A DNA stretch of 64,000 bases from Spirochaetota bacterium (lineage in GTDB: Bacteria; Spirochaetota; UBA4802; UBA5550). The translations under genes and the position numbers were made by a program. The first letter of the stretch is position 1. Every line of letters starts with the position of its first letter. Positions 61,915 to 64,000 of this stretch are shown piece after piece. The stretch spans positions 2,080,001-2,144,000 of the forward strand of contig CAXXHB010000003.1 of NCBI GenBank assembly GCA_963664815.2. The letters run 5' to 3'. Below the pieces are notes generated by a model that was given only the letters and a program-made list of their open reading frames with translations, made no database searches and was not told the DNA's origin.

Positions 61915-64000
61915 CTCTGATCTCTTTCACACCCTTTTCCAGATCCTTTATTCTTTCACTATCGGGGTATTCTATCCTCGTATGGAATATTCCGAAGAGC
62001 ATGGTCAGAAAAACATTCTGAACTATTTTAAGTTCAACCATTGAAAGACCGGAATCATCAAGATCGCCATCATTAAGTTTATTGTAAATAATCTTTCTGA
62101 CCATACCGGCAATTTTTTCCTGAGTAGGATCTTTTATAGACCTTGACGCGGCCTCTATTGAATCCGCAAGCATTACAACTGCAGTCTCCTTGCTGTGAGG
62201 CTGCGGGCCGGGATACTGGAAATCGTTTCTGTTTACCGATAACGAGGTATCGCCGCTTGCATTTTCGAGGGCCTGATGATAGAAGAAAGTCATCATCGAC
62301 GTTCCATGGTGTTCCCTGATGAAGTCAATGACAGAATCCGGGAGTCCATGCTTCTTCGCCATGATTACCCCTTTGTTGACATGGGAAATTATCAGCCTGG
62401 AATACTCGGTTGGAGTCATCTTCTTGGCCCTGATATCGGATATTCCGTTTTCAATATAAATACCCGGATCATCAATCTTGCCTATGTCATGATAAAAAGC
62501 CCCTACTCTTGCAAGCATGTAGTTGGCATTTATCTCCTTGCATGCAGCCTCCGCTATGGTTGAAACAACAAGTGAATGATTATAGGTTCCCGGTGCGTTA
62601 AGAAGCATTTTTTTGAATATATCGGCATTGAGGTCTGAAAGTTCAAGAAGCTTGAATTTGGTTGTAATGTCGAAAAAATGTTCGTAAATGGGGAAAATCC
62701 CGAGCGCCAGTATCGAATTGAGTATACCACTTGCCACTGCAAGCTCTGAATTTGAAAGGGCTATTTTCCATGGAGTGTTTTCAAGCAGGGCAATTGAAAC
62801 GATTATTATCGAGTTGATCACTCCGAGAATGAGACCCCCCTTAAAAAAGTCTGACCGCTTGTCAACGTGAAGATTTATAAAAGTTCCGATTATCGCCGAA
62901 CTGAAAGAGAGAAAAACACTCTGTGCATCAATGCCCACCACCATGAGTGCAAAGAATATTATATAAAGGGCAACAAAGAGCGACAGGTAAATGTTATAGA
63001 GTATCGAAATCATCATTGTTATAAAAGGTATAGGCATAAGAAGGATATATGACACTTTTGAGAAACCGGCAATCTCGAAATTTTCTGCAAAAAAAACATA
63101 TATCATGAAAAACATTATCAGGGAAAATATTACAATAATACCTTTCCTGTCAGGAAAATAGTAGAGCTCATAACTGAATGAAAAGAAGCTCAGCAGTGCA
63201 AGAAAAATTAGCTGCAGGAGGATTAATCCGAGTATAAAGTTAAGGTGCGATGTTTTCGCAAATCTGTTTATTATTCCGATTTTCTGAAGAACTTCATTGG
63301 TAACCGTATCACCTTCCCGGATTATTGTCTGGCCTTTCTTGAAAAGCCCCGTTACAGGTTTGATCTCTTTCAGCTTCTCATCAATACGCCGCAGAGTCTC
63401 CTCTGAGTCGAATGAAAGATTAGGCCTTAGCTGACTCCTGATTACTGCTGATACCGCCAGAAGTGTCTCCCGAGGAAGAAACGGCGCAACGGAATAACAT
63501 ATATTGAAAAGTCTGATCTTTACATTATGAACTGTCTGAAGGTCATCAATAACAGCGGTAACCTCTTCATCGCCATCGGGGGAATCTCCGCTTCTTATTG
63601 TAACAGCTTTAATATCAAGATTAAGCGGATTTGTATAATCATTATCAAGTACTCCAAGCCCTTTGTAATCATAAATATATATAAGCATCTTTGTAACAGA
63701 GCTTTTAAGCTGTCTCGGATTATCATACTGAAGAAGACTTTTAAGTATTTCATCACTGTAGTTGTGCAGTTTCGGAAGACGTGATTTTAACAGATCAAGC
63801 TGACTGTCAATATCCGGATTTCCCAGAGGCAGCGTATCTTCGCTGGTTCTGATTAAAGCTGAAAAAAGAACATCTACAGACTTTATATTCTCTTCCAGCA
63901 CTGATGTATCTTTATCAAAAACAAGCTTTTCATTCTGAACGGCAATTTTTTTCTGGGATTCTGTCTCGGCATCCTTTATAAAATGTATATCGTGCGGAAC
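61892..64000 (-). CDS. 7TM-HD (HDIG) phosphohydrolase, PgpH-like; 5' end outside window
   Basis: Extracellular domain, ~7 TM, APGTYNHS, YHDIGK, EHHGT, LADSIEAASRS. Confidence 0.9.
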   Translation of the reverse strand, partial: VPHDIHFIKDAETESQKKIAVQNEKLVFDKDTSVLEENIKSVDVLFSALIRTSEDTLPLGNPDIDSQLDLLKSRLPKLHNYSDEILKSLLQYDNPRQLKSSVTKMLIYIYDYKGLGVLDNDYTNPLNLDIKAVTIRSGDSPDGDEEVTAVIDDLQTVHNVKIRLFNICYSVAPFLPRETLLAVSAVIRSQLRPNLSFDSEETLRRIDEKLKEIKPVTGLFKKGQTIIREGDTVTNEVLQKIGIINRFAKTSHLNFILGLILLQLIFLALLSFFSFSYELYYFPDRKGIIVIFSLIMFFMIYVFFAENFEIAGFSKVSYILLMPIPFITMMISILYNIYLSLFVALYIIFFALMVVGIDAQSVFLSFSSAIIGTFINLHVDKRSDFFKGGLILGVINSIIIVSIALLENTPWKIALSNSELAVASGILNSILALGIFPIYEHFFDITTKFKLLELSDLNADIFKKMLLNAPGTYNHSLVVSTIAEAACKEINANYMLARVGAFYHDIGKIDDPGIYIENGISDIRAKKMTPTEYSRLIISHVNKGVIMAKKHGLPDSVIDFIREHHGTSMMTFFYHQALENASGDTSLSVNRNDFQYPGPQPHSKETAVVMLADSIEAASRSIKDPTQEKIAGMVRKIIYNKLNDGDLDDSGLSMVELKIVQNVFLTMLFGIFHTRIEYPDSERIKDLEKGVKEIRDEKSAGS

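Noticed and set aside
1-64000. Integrase/recombinase, tRNA or rRNA genes
   Set aside because: None recognised, so the integron-like model depends on an enzyme encoded elsewhere and remains a hypothesis.

Overview
About 2.2-50.2 kb is a large two-partner-secretion / CDI-type polymorphic toxin locus on the minus strand. Its order is TPR lipoprotein, cdiB, a 121-aa exported ORF, cdiA (2303 aa) and cdiI, followed by orphan toxin-tip/immunity modules. A near-identical second copy of the cdiB 3' end, the 121-aa ORF and cdiA (2306 aa, different tip) lies 20,483 bp away, followed by a second, progressively decaying orphan array. There are about 16 candidate immunity genes. Recognisable tips include a barnase-like RNase with barstar, an AHH/HNH nuclease with Imm11, a PD-(D/E)XK nuclease, an HEXXH peptidase, a probable RNase with a CPCC protein, and LysM-like/Gly-rich tips. 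Two observations stand out. (1) The modules are separated by a small kit of recurring non-coding elements: ~100-bp attC-like hairpins, a conserved sigma70 promoter element ending in GTT at the cassette junction, and REP pairs with a second hairpin. This gives an integron-like layout, but no recombinase is encoded in the window. (2) The immunity gene of the primary cdiA encodes a stand-alone EF-Tu domain III homologue, next to an ADP-ribosyltransferase-like tip. IS21, IS66 remnants, a broken IS701-like element and an IS1182 are present. 54.6-64 kb is housekeeping (ThiF/MoeB family, recG, ftsH, tilS, ybeY, 7TM-HD). All family calls come from motif recognition by eye; no searches were run.
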